64,000 nucleotides of DNA from Terriglobia bacterium. Its GTDB lineage: Bacteria > Acidobacteriota > Vicinamibacteria > Vicinamibacterales > CAVVIG01. A program made the translations under genes and the position numbers. Numbering within the stretch: the stretch's first letter is position 1; each line of letters starts with the position of its first letter. The DNA is taken from the NCBI GenBank assembly GCA_020073005.1, contig JAIQFX010000051.1, positions 732 to 64,731 of the forward strand. The letters are read 5' to 3'. This document shows, piece by piece, positions 9,988-18,390 of the stretch. The notes beneath the pieces were generated by a model that saw only the letters and a list, made by a program, of their open reading frames with translations, made no database searches and was not told the DNA's origin.

Positions 9988-12054
9988 ATGAACGCGAAGA
10001 TTGCCACGAGCGTCGCGCTTGTTGCCGCCGTCCTGGGCGGAGCGAGCTCCGCCCCTACGGCGCAATTGCCGACCTTCCGCGCGGCCACGGACGTCGTCGA
10101 AGTGGACGTCGTCGTGGAGGACAGGCAGGGTCACTTCGTCACCGACTTATCCCCCGCTGACTTCGAGGTCAGCGAAGAAGGCGCGCCGCAGCGCGTGAGT
10201 CTCTTCTATCTGGTCGAGTCCGGCGTCGCGCGCGCGCCGGCGCTTCCCGTCCAGAACGAATCCGCCGCTGCCACCGGTGCGGCTCCACGGACACCGCGAT
10301 TCTTCATCGTGTACTTCGACGATGCGCACCTCACGCCGGCGGGATTCAAGCGGGTGCAGGCGGCGGCGCTGACGCTCTTCTCCAGGGAGTTCAAGCCGGG
10401 TGATGTCGGCGGCGTCATCTACAACGGCGCCATGGCCAACGGCCGCCTGACGTCGGATCGGGAAGAACTCGTCAAGGCGATCAAGAACGCGAAGCCGAAT
10501 TCCGCGAAGAACTCGCGCCTCATGGAAGAGCGCTCGTTCCCGCGTATGGGCGAAATCGAGGCCGTGCGAATTCGCGTGAACAACGACGAAAACATCAGGG
10601 CGGAGGTCATCCGCCGGGCAATCGAGGAAGAGCCGAACACCCGAGTGGAGATTATCGAAGCGATGGTCGACGTCAAGACGCAGAACCTCAGCTCGACGGC
10701 GCAGGCAGAGAGCAATCAGACGCTGCAGGGACTGCTCGCCGTCATGAATGGTCTCGCCAGGATCGAGGGACGAAAGACGATCCTTCTGCTGTCTGAGGGC
10801 TTCATCGCGGAAGAATCCTGGCCTCTCGTGCGAACTGCTGTCGACAGCGCTTCGCGCGCGAACGCCAGACTCTACACGCTGGACGCGCGCGGTCTGGAAC
10901 GCGGACTGCGCTCCATCTACGATGTCGCGCCAGGCGGCTCTGATTCCGGCCTGCGCACACTCGAGCAGCAGGACGTCGGCGCGGACGCCATCAACAGCCT
11001 TGCGGTGGACACCGGCGGCTTCGTCGTCCGCAACACCAACATCTTCGACGCGGCGGTCGGGCGCATCGCCGCCGACGCCGGCACGTACTACGTGCTTGGC
11101 TATCGCCCCGACAAGGCCGCGGACGGCAAGTACCGCCGTCTCTCGGTGAAGGTCACGCGGCCGGGACTCGTCGTCCGCGCGCGCAAGGGCTACGTCGCCA
11201 CGCCACGCGCCGCAGCCGCGCCAGCGGTTACGGCGACCGGCACTCCGGCTGCGCCGCGTAGTCAACCCGTGCCGGCTCCGACGCCGGATGATGTTCGCGA
11301 ACCGTCACCGGTCGAACCTCCCACGGCGCCTGCCGGCGGCGGTGATGCGACGCTTGTTCCGGCCACGTCCGCCGGCAACGGCGTGCGCCTGCGACCGAAC
11401 GTCGAGGTGCATCTGAACGACCTCGCCGCGAACGAAGGTCCCGACAAGGACGCGACCACGGGCTGGGAAGCCTATCAGCGCGGCGATCTCGCGACGGCGC
11501 GGACGTTTCTCGCCACGGCCGCGGCCCGCCGGACCGCGCAGCTGTGGGTGCACTACGCGCTCGGGCAGTCCGAGTACGCGCTGCGCGAATACCCCGGCGC
11601 GGTGGCGGCGTGGGAACGGGTCCACGGCGGCGCGCCTGAGTTCGAGCCGGTGTACTTCGATCTCGTGGACGGCTACCTTCAGCTGAAGGAGTACGACAAG
11701 GCCGTCCGTCTTCTGCGGACGGCGACGGAGCGATGGCCGCGCGATCCGGAAGTCTTCAACGCGCTCGGCGTCGTCCAGACGGCCCGCGGATCGCTCGACG
11801 ATGCGGTCAAGTCGTTCGGACAGGCGATCGCCGCGGTGCCTGGCGACGCGATCGGCTACTTCAACCTCGGCAAGGCGATGGAACTGAGGTACTACCGCTC
11901 GCGGCACTACGTGCAGCAGCTCCGGACGTGGGTCGCGAACGAGAGCGACCGCGCCGCCGCGGTCGAACACTACGAGCACTACCTCACGCTCGGCGGGCCG
12001 TACGCTGACGCCGCGCGCGAGGGCCTGACGCGGCTGAACTGGACACCGAAGTAG
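9988..12054 (+). CDS. VWA-type (TIGR03436-like) protein with a C-terminal TPR domain
   Basis: 688-aa ORF with a signal peptide ending ...APTAQ. Lead-in FRAATDVVEVDVVVEDRQGHFVTDLSPADFEVSEEGAPQRV, then the VWA-like body ...TGGFVVRNTN...YYVLGYRP..YRRLSVKVTRPGLVVRARKGY. A Pro-rich linker and TPR-like repeats follow. Confidence 0.8.
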   Translation: MNAKIATSVALVAAVLGGASSAPTAQLPTFRAATDVVEVDVVVEDRQGHFVTDLSPADFEVSEEGAPQRVSLFYLVESGVARAPALPVQNESAAATGAAPRTPRFFIVYFDDAHLTPAGFKRVQAAALTLFSREFKPGDVGGVIYNGAMANGRLTSDREELVKAIKNAKPNSAKNSRLMEERSFPRMGEIEAVRIRVNNDENIRAEVIRRAIEEEPNTRVEIIEAMVDVKTQNLSSTAQAESNQTLQGLLAVMNGLARIEGRKTILLLSEGFIAEESWPLVRTAVDSASRANARLYTLDARGLERGLRSIYDVAPGGSDSGLRTLEQQDVGADAINSLAVDTGGFVVRNTNIFDAAVGRIAADAGTYYVLGYRPDKAADGKYRRLSVKVTRPGLVVRARKGYVATPRAAAAPAVTATGTPAAPRSQPVPAPTPDDVREPSPVEPPTAPAGGGDATLVPATSAGNGVRLRPNVEVHLNDLAANEGPDKDATTGWEAYQRGDLATARTFLATAAARRTAQLWVHYALGQSEYALREYPGAVAAWERVHGGAPEFEPVYFDLVDGYLQLKEYDKAVRLLRTATERWPRDPEVFNALGVVQTARGSLDDAVKSFGQAIAAVPGDAIGYFNLGKAMELRYYRSRHYVQQLRTWVANESDRAAAVEHYEHYLTLGGPYADAAREGLTRLNWTPK

Positions 12055-12062
12055 CAAAAAAA

Positions 12063-12089
12063 GACCCCGGAGGTCAGCCCTCCGGGGTC
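12063..12089. terminator. Hairpin between convergent genes, with a U-tract on the minus-strand side
   Basis: gaccccggagg-tcagc-cctccggggtc has an 11-bp perfect stem. The A-run at 12055-12062 becomes a U-run after the hairpin for the minus-strand receptor gene. Confidence 0.7.
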
Positions 12090-12107
12090 GGTCGAACCGC
12101 AGGCAGG

Positions 12108-12130
12108 GTCCGGCTAAAGCCGGACGCCAC
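12108..12130. repeat. Intergenic copy of the GTGGCGTCCGGCTTCAGCCGGAC palindromic element (1 mismatch)
   Basis: gtccggctaaagccggacgccac is the reverse complement of the 23-mer family with a single loop change. Confidence 0.8.
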
Positions 12131-12136
12131 GGAACA

Positions 12137-15085
12137 TCAGAAGAAGAAGCGCACGCCGAGCCGCGCAATGCGCGGCTGCATGATCTCCTGCACGGTGTTG
12201 AACGCCGTCCCCGTGCGCGCGTCGTACTGGTTGCCCAGGACGGTCGCGTTGTTGGCGATGTTGAAGATGTCGAAGTCCAGCGCGAGATTCGTCTTCTGGA
12301 ACTTGAACATCTTCTCGACGCGCGCATCGAGCGAGGTCACCGCGTCGAGACGAAACTGATCGACGCTGGTCGTCAGCAGCACGCTCTTGCTCGAGACGAC
12401 CGGGTCGCCCGGGTTCACCTTGCTGCGGAAGTACGGCTCGCCGTACCCCTGGCGGAACAGGAGGTTGGCGCCGACGTTGATCCCCCACGGTCCCTCATAG
12501 AGCCCGTTGGCGGTGAACTGGTACTTGGGCGGCAACAGGTAGATGCTGCTCTTGCCGCTGCCGGAGGACTTCACGACGACCGGCCCGCCGTCGATGTTGG
12601 GTCCGGCGCTCTGGAAGGACTGGTACTGTCCCGAGGCGTTGGGCGTCGGCGTCAGGTCGAGCCGTGCGTCCGCCGCGCTGAAGTATTCGTTCCAGCTCGT
12701 CGTCGCAAACCCCGCGCGCGCCATCCAGTGATTCGACATGCGCTTGGTCGCGGTCGCTTCGAATCCGAGGTAGCGCTGGTGGTAGTCCGGCCGGTTCACG
12801 GCCGTGTAGCCGGGCAGCGCCGACGTCGCTCTGTAGATCGGAACGTTCGGCGCGCCGGTCACGGGAACGTTGAGCGCCGTGCCGTTCTGCACGTAGCTGG
12901 CCGGCGTCACGCCGTTGCGCGGGTTCCACAGAAAGTTGTTCATGTAGCGGTACGTCATCGTCGCGCTGACGCCGAAGTTCGCCATCAGCTCGTGGTCGAC
13001 GCCGCCCATGATTTCCTGCGTGCGCGGCGCTGTGATGTCGCTGATCTTGTTGTTCGACGTGAACACGCCCGGGTGCGACAGATCGACGACGTTGGACCCC
13101 TGCACGCCCTGGCTGAACAGGACTTCGTTGAGATCGGCGTAGCCGTTGCACCCGTTCGATTTTGCCTGGCCCTGCGCGAGAGTACACGGCGCGCCGGTCG
13201 ACGTCCGATCGACGGCGTTGTAGTACACGTAGGTGTACGGCTGGATGCCGGAGACGAATCCGGCGGCGTTACCCGGCAGCTGCGACGCGAACATCGCGTA
13301 GCTCACCCGGGCGATCGTCTTTCGCGAATCGTCGAGCGCATACGTGATACCGACGCGCGGCGTCACGTTGTTGAAGTCGTAGGCGTTGTTGACCGCCGTC
13401 GCCGTCGCCGCCGGCAGCAGCGGGAACCCGGCCACCGCGGGCGCGGTGGACGGCAGGATGGATGACGTCTGGTGGTCGAACCGCACGCCGGCCATCAGGG
13501 TCAACCGGTTCATCGAGATCGTGTCCGTGACGAAGCCCTGCGTGTACTTGCCTTCGCTGCTGACCACGTAGTCCTGCTGCGCCTGGGCGATCAGGTCCGG
13601 GTAGCCGTTCCAGAACGTCATGATCCGGTTGGGGCCCGTCACCGTCGACAGCGAATCGACCGGCGTCTTGCGGTACGAGAAGCCAAACTTCACTTCGTGC
13701 TTGCCCTTGAAGTAGCTCGCGTCTCCGCCCGCGAAGTACTGCGGGCGCGTCGTGCTGTAGAAGTAGTACGAGTTGTGCCAGACACCGCTATCGTCCTTGT
13801 AGAACGGCGTGTCCACACCGCCCCGCGGCGACAACTGGAACCCGCCGCTGATGTACGCGTATCGCGCCGACGCGAACAGGTTCTGCCCCACCGTGAAGTT
13901 GCCCTCGCCCTTGTAGTACTTGGTTGGGCCGGTCTGATCCCACGTCGTTTCGTCCGGGTGGGTCGCGCTCGCGCCGCGCCCGTTCTTCACCTTGTTGCCC
14001 TCGAAGAACGTGAAGTTGCCGCGGACGCTGGGATTCACCTGCGCGTCGCCTTTGAACGCGTAGTTCTTCAGGACCGTTTCATCCAGCGTTCCAATCAGCG
14101 TCCGGATGCGCGGGTTGGTCTCACCGATGGTGCCCCACACCCAGACCTTGTCTTTCAGGAGCGGGCCGCCGAGGTCGAAACCGTAGTCCTTGTATATATC
14201 CGTCCGGTTTCCGCAGTGCTGCGTGTACCCGCTGTCAATGCAGGGCTGATAGGCGCCGCCGATCGTCTTGGCGAGCGTCGGATCCATGTTGTTGCCCTGC
14301 AGGTTCTCGTTCTCGAAGTAGTAGCGGGCATCGCCGTGGATCTGGTTGCTGCCCTTCTTGAGAATCAGGTTCAGCTGCACGCCGGGCGTCGGGTTCTGCG
14401 CGTCCGCGCCGCCGGTCGTGATGGCCATTTCCTGGAACATGTCGAAGTCGTAGTAGGTCGGCGTCGACCCGGTCGCGCCCATGTCGGTGACCGGCACGCC
14501 GTCGATGTTCCACGTGTTGTCGGTGCCGAACGAGCCCTTGCCGATGTAGTTCGACTGCTGGCCCGACTCCGAGCCGCCGACGTTGACACGGTCGACGTAG
14601 ATCGTCGGCACCGTCTGCATGACGACCCACGGATCGCGCGCGCTCGGGATGTTCTGCAGTTCCTCGAGCGTCACGTTCGTCGTTGTCGTCTCGCGCCGGA
14701 TATCGATGATGGGCGTCGCCGCCGTCACGTTCACGGTTTCCGCCGTGCCCGCGACGCCGAGTTTGATGGCGACGGGCGTCGCAGAGCCGCTGGCCACCGC
14801 GACTTCAGGGTTGTTGTAGGGATTGAATCCCGAGAGACTGGCTTTGATCGCGTAAGTCCCGACCGGCAGATTCAGGAAATGCACCTGGCCCTGCGCGTCG
14901 GACACCTGCGTCTGATTGACGGGTCCGGTGAGGTCCACCGAGACGCCCGGCAGCCGGCCACCGGTCGTGTCTTCGATCGTGACGTCCACGCGCCCGGTGA
15001 AGATCTGCGCCGAAGCGGTCGACACCACGCCGAGCACCATCACGAGTGCCGCGAACCACGCGACGAGTTTACGGTTCCGTTTCAT
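12137..15085 (-). CDS. TonB-dependent-receptor-like outer-membrane barrel with an N-terminal carboxypeptidase-regulatory-like domain
   Basis: 982 aa from the ATG at 15085, preceded by GGAGGAG. Signal peptide MKRNRKLVAWFAALVMVLGVVSTASAQ. CarboxypepD_reg-like region GRVDV...GGRLPGVSVDL...AQGQVHFLNLPVGTYAI. The body is rich in Y/G/N/T beta strands and ends in a terminal ...LGVRFFF. The upstream M at 15124 was rejected. Confidence 0.8.
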   Translation of the reverse strand: MKRNRKLVAWFAALVMVLGVVSTASAQIFTGRVDVTIEDTTGGRLPGVSVDLTGPVNQTQVSDAQGQVHFLNLPVGTYAIKASLSGFNPYNNPEVAVASGSATPVAIKLGVAGTAETVNVTAATPIIDIRRETTTTNVTLEELQNIPSARDPWVVMQTVPTIYVDRVNVGGSESGQQSNYIGKGSFGTDNTWNIDGVPVTDMGATGSTPTYYDFDMFQEMAITTGGADAQNPTPGVQLNLILKKGSNQIHGDARYYFENENLQGNNMDPTLAKTIGGAYQPCIDSGYTQHCGNRTDIYKDYGFDLGGPLLKDKVWVWGTIGETNPRIRTLIGTLDETVLKNYAFKGDAQVNPSVRGNFTFFEGNKVKNGRGASATHPDETTWDQTGPTKYYKGEGNFTVGQNLFASARYAYISGGFQLSPRGGVDTPFYKDDSGVWHNSYYFYSTTRPQYFAGGDASYFKGKHEVKFGFSYRKTPVDSLSTVTGPNRIMTFWNGYPDLIAQAQQDYVVSSEGKYTQGFVTDTISMNRLTLMAGVRFDHQTSSILPSTAPAVAGFPLLPAATATAVNNAYDFNNVTPRVGITYALDDSRKTIARVSYAMFASQLPGNAAGFVSGIQPYTYVYYNAVDRTSTGAPCTLAQGQAKSNGCNGYADLNEVLFSQGVQGSNVVDLSHPGVFTSNNKISDITAPRTQEIMGGVDHELMANFGVSATMTYRYMNNFLWNPRNGVTPASYVQNGTALNVPVTGAPNVPIYRATSALPGYTAVNRPDYHQRYLGFEATATKRMSNHWMARAGFATTSWNEYFSAADARLDLTPTPNASGQYQSFQSAGPNIDGGPVVVKSSGSGKSSIYLLPPKYQFTANGLYEGPWGINVGANLLFRQGYGEPYFRSKVNPGDPVVSSKSVLLTTSVDQFRLDAVTSLDARVEKMFKFQKTNLALDFDIFNIANNATVLGNQYDARTGTAFNTVQEIMQPRIARLGVRFFF

Positions 15086-15334
15086 GTCTTCGGCTCCTCC
15101 TCTAAGAAGCTGATGACCACGCATCCTGTCGGATGCCTACGCGCGTCCTGCGTAAGACGAACGTAAATGCCGTGCGAGCAATCGGTTGACCGCTCGGCGA
15201 CCGTTCATGATACAGCGATCTGTATCGGGCGAAACATTGGCTTGCGTGATTTCGGCGACTGTCCGGCCGATGTCCGGAAATACGGTCGTCCACGGCGCAC
15301 CTGTCCGGAAACGAACACCCCTCGGGGCTCTATA

Positions 15335-16207
15335 ATGCGCGGTGTCGTGATGCCGGTCGTTCTGGCGCTGGCCGCCGCAGTCGCCACACTCCCCGCAATG
15401 GCTCGAGGGGCCCAATCCCCCGCGCCGCCTTCACAGACTGGCGCAAGCCGTCTCGTCCTTGCCGCCGCGACCGACCCGCGCAACCGCCCGCTCGTGGACC
15501 TCGGGCCCGATGATTTCGTGATTGAGGAAGGCAAAGACGAGCGCGAGGTGCTCTCCGTCCATCCGGCGGACTATCCGATCGTCGTGTTGCTCGGCACCGG
15601 CGTCGAAGCGCACGCGGACTTCGCCACGATTCAGACAGCCGTGCTGCACTTCATCGAGCGGCTCGGCGACGAGCGGCCGATCGCGCTCGTCTCGTTCGGC
15701 GGCGCGCCGCGGCTGATCGCGTCCTTCGAGGACGACCGGAAGACCGTGCTCGCGCGCCTGCAAGCCCTGTCCATCGACGCCGCGCCCGGCCGCGAGGTCC
15801 TGCGCGGCGCCGGCCTGGCGGCCGAGACGCTGCGCGCCACCCAGACGCTGTTTTCCGCCATCGTCGTCGTCTCCGGCACGCCGATCGACGCGGCTCGTGG
15901 AACGGACGAAGATACGCTCGGACCCATTATCGAGAGCGGCGCCATCCTGCATGTCGTCGCCAACTTCGGGAACGCCGCCGCCGCGCCGGGGACGCTGCGC
16001 GGACTCGTCGAGCAGACGCACGGCGTCTACACGCCGGTCTACACGGCCGCGTCGTTTCAGCCGGCGCTCGATCGACTGGCGGATCGGCTGTCGACCGAGC
16101 TCATCGTCGAATACCTGGTGCCGGCCGGGTCGAAGGCGAGCGACGTGCGCGTCGGCGTCCGGATTCCGGGCGCGCGGGTCCGCGGCCTCGGCGTGGCGCC
16201 CCGATAG
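15335..16207 (+). CDS. Small VWA-like (TIGR03436-style) exported protein with a degenerate MIDAS site
   Basis: About 290 aa. Signal peptide MRGVVMPVVLALAAAVATLPAMARGAQ (an alternative ATG lies at 15350). Motifs PLVDLGPDDFVIEEGKDEREV and IVVLLGTGVEAH, with tail LIVEYLVP...VRVGVRIPGARVRG. The upstream part of ORF 15167 was rejected. Confidence 0.65.
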   Translation: MRGVVMPVVLALAAAVATLPAMARGAQSPAPPSQTGASRLVLAAATDPRNRPLVDLGPDDFVIEEGKDEREVLSVHPADYPIVVLLGTGVEAHADFATIQTAVLHFIERLGDERPIALVSFGGAPRLIASFEDDRKTVLARLQALSIDAAPGREVLRGAGLAAETLRATQTLFSAIVVVSGTPIDAARGTDEDTLGPIIESGAILHVVANFGNAAAAPGTLRGLVEQTHGVYTPVYTAASFQPALDRLADRLSTELIVEYLVPAGSKASDVRVGVRIPGARVRGLGVAPR

Positions 16208-16228
16208 ACCCGGCAGATCCGATACGCG

Positions 16229-18301
16229 ATGAAAATCAGGCTCGCCTTTGCGGTCCTCGCTCTGACGGCAGTCGCCTGGTTTGTCTGGGAGCGCAGCCGG
16301 CCGTCGGTGCGTCCGGGCGCGTGCGCAGGCTGCAACGTCCTGCTCATCACGATCGACACGCTGCGGCTCGATCGCGTCGGCGCGTTCGGCGGCCCGGCCG
16401 GTCTCACGCCGCATCTCGATCGCCTCGCGGCGGAGGGCCTGCGGCTCACGCGGACCTACAGCTCCGCGCCGCTCACGCTGCCCTCTCACACGTCGATCAT
16501 GACTGCCGTGTCGCCGCCGGTGCATGGCGTGCGGACCAACGGCCTGTTCCGCCTCGGCGCCGCGCTTCCGACGCTCGCGACCGTCCTGAAGGCAGCCGGC
16601 TATCGCACGGGCGCGTTCGTCGGCGCGTTCGTGCTGGACGCGCGGTTCGGCCTGAACCGCGGATTCGACGTGTACGACGACCGCTACGGCGAAAAACACA
16701 CGGGCGATCCGACGGAAGGCGCCGAGCGCCGCGCGGAAGAGGTGATCAAGCCGGCGGCGGCATGGATCCTGGACGGCGGCCACCCGTCTTCAGCCACCAG
16801 CCACCAGCCACCAGCCACCAATCCTTGGTTCGCGTGGGTCCACCTCTACGATCCGCACGAGCCCTACCGCGCGCCCGAGCCGTACGCCTCGCAACACGAG
16901 CCGTACGACGCCGAGGTGGCGTACGCGGACGCGATGGTCGGCCGCTTGCTCGACGACCTGCGGTCGGCCGGACAACTCGATCGAACGCTCGTCGTGGTCG
17001 CGTCGGATCACGGCGAAAGCCTCGGCGAGCACGGCGAGCGCACGCACGGCGTGTTTACCTACGACGCGACGATGCGCGTGCCGTGGATCGTGTGGGCGGG
17101 GTCGCGTCTCCCGAGCGCGTCGACCGACGCGCTCGTCCGGCTGATCGACGTCGCCCCGACGACGCTCGACCTCGTCGGCGTGGCGGCGCCGCCTTCGTTC
17201 GAGGGCCGCTCGGCGCTCCCGGAGGCGGGCTGCCGGACCTGGTTCGCGCAGACTCCACCGGCGCGCACGGCGTACATCGAAGCGATGGACGCGAACCTGA
17301 CACGGAACTGGGCGCCCCTGACGGGCATCGTGTCGGGGAGCGCGAAGCTCATCGAGCTGCCGATCCCGGAGCTCTACGATCTCTCGTCGGATCCGAAGGA
17401 AGCGACGAACCTCTTCACGCGCGACGCCGAGCGCGCGCGCACGCTGAGTGCGCTGCTTCGCGAGTCCACGTCCGCATTTCTCTCGCGCGGTTCAGCCGCC
17501 GAGAAAACCACGCTGGGCGGCGAGGCGCGCCAGCGGCTGCAGGCGCTCGGTTACGTGGCGTCGAGCGCCGAGCCCGGCAATCGCGTCTTCACGGACGCCG
17601 ACGATCCGAAGACGCTCATCGGGCCCGCCAACGATCTCCAGCGCGCGGTCATCGCGTTCAACACGGGATCGAGGGCGCCGGCGATGGACGCCGTCCGCGC
17701 GATCGTCCGGGCGCACCCGGGCTTCACGACGGCCCATGGGATGCTCGCGTCGATGCAGCGCGAGAGCGGCGACCTGCGCGGCGCGATTGCCACGCTCGAG
17801 GACGTCCTGCGCCGCGGCATCGCGGATCAGAGCGTGATGATCGTGCTCGCGGGGTATCTGCAGGAGGCGGGCGACGCCGCCAAGTCGGTCGCGCTGCTGG
17901 AGGCGGTCGTCGCCGCGCACCCGGACTACGCTGAGGCGTACAACTCGCTCGGCGTCGCGTACATGCGCCTGGGCCGCCACGATCAGGCCCGCGCGGCGCT
18001 GCGCAAGGTGCTCGACCTCGATCCGACGTCGGCGAAGGCGTACGAGAATCTGGGCGCCGATGAATTGTCCGTGGGCGATCTGGCGGCCGGCGTCGACGAT
18101 CTGAAGCGGGCGATCGATCTCGATCCGCTGCTCTACGATGCGCTGTACAACCTGGCGCTGGCGCTGCACGATCTCGGACGGCGCGATGAGGCGCGGCCGT
18201 ATCTCGAGCGCTTCGTGCGCGAGGCGCCGCAGCCGCGCTACGCGCGCGACATCGCGAAGCTGCAGAGTGTTTTTGAAAAGAGCGGGACCGGAAAAAAATA
18301 G
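16229..18301 (+). CDS. Sulfatase-like/TPR fusion protein, paralog 4 of 4
   Basis: 690-aa ORF with anchor LAFAVLALTAVAWFVW. Motifs VLLITIDTLRLDRVGAFGG, LTLPSHTSIMT and VASDHGESLGEHGERTHG. Linker [11 protein letters not shown]...DDPKT is followed by TPR repeats. It contains the heptamer run at 16791-16818. Confidence 0.85.
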   Translation: MKIRLAFAVLALTAVAWFVWERSRPSVRPGACAGCNVLLITIDTLRLDRVGAFGGPAGLTPHLDRLAAEGLRLTRTYSSAPLTLPSHTSIMTAVSPPVHGVRTNGLFRLGAALPTLATVLKAAGYRTGAFVGAFVLDARFGLNRGFDVYDDRYGEKHTGDPTEGAERRAEEVIKPAAAWILDGGHPSSATSHQPPATNPWFAWVHLYDPHEPYRAPEPYASQHEPYDAEVAYADAMVGRLLDDLRSAGQLDRTLVVVASDHGESLGEHGERTHGVFTYDATMRVPWIVWAGSRLPSASTDALVRLIDVAPTTLDLVGVAAPPSFEGRSALPEAGCRTWFAQTPPARTAYIEAMDANLTRNWAPLTGIVSGSAKLIELPIPELYDLSSDPKEATNLFTRDAERARTLSALLRESTSAFLSRGSAAEKTTLGGEARQRLQALGYVASSAEPGNRVFTDADDPKTLIGPANDLQRAVIAFNTGSRAPAMDAVRAIVRAHPGFTTAHGMLASMQRESGDLRGAIATLEDVLRRGIADQSVMIVLAGYLQEAGDAAKSVALLEAVVAAHPDYAEAYNSLGVAYMRLGRHDQARAALRKVLDLDPTSAKAYENLGADELSVGDLAAGVDDLKRAIDLDPLLYDALYNLALALHDLGRRDEARPYLERFVREAPQPRYARDIAKLQSVFEKSGTGKK
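16791..16818. repeat. Perfect tandem heptamer (CAGCCAC) x4 inside the CDS
   Basis: cagccac cagccac cagccac cagccac is translated ...SATSHQPPATN... within a roughly 12-residue stretch absent from the other three paralogs. Confidence 0.9.
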
Positions 18302-18324
18302 GCCGGGTGGTTGCCCACCCGGCC
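18301..18324 (-). terminator. Intrinsic-terminator-like hairpin serving the minus-strand receptor gene
   Basis: ggccgggtgg-ttgc-ccacccggcc has a 10-bp stem. The A-run at 18292-18298 gives UAUUUUUUU after the stem on the minus strand. It begins at the stop codon of the plus-strand gene. Confidence 0.7.
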
Positions 18325-18336
18325 CATCACAAATCG

Positions 18337-18386
18337 TCCGGCTGAAGCCTGCGCGCTACGGCTGTAGCGCGAGCCTTTCAGGCGAG
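18337..18386. repeat. Degenerate palindromic element or nested hairpins between convergent genes
   Basis: gtccggctgaagcc is related to the GTCCGGCTGAAGCCGGAC family. It is followed by the hairpin cgcgctac-ggct-gtagcgcg (18352-18371) and gcctttcaggc. Confidence 0.55.
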
Positions 18387-18390
18387 CGTC

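Noticed and set aside
15331-15336. TATAAT hexamer as a -10 box for the VWA gene at 15335
   Set aside because: It overlaps the preferred ATG, and the -35 region (GAAACG) is poor. It could still drive a near-leaderless transcript starting at the alternative ATG at 15350, but I cannot support this from sequence alone.
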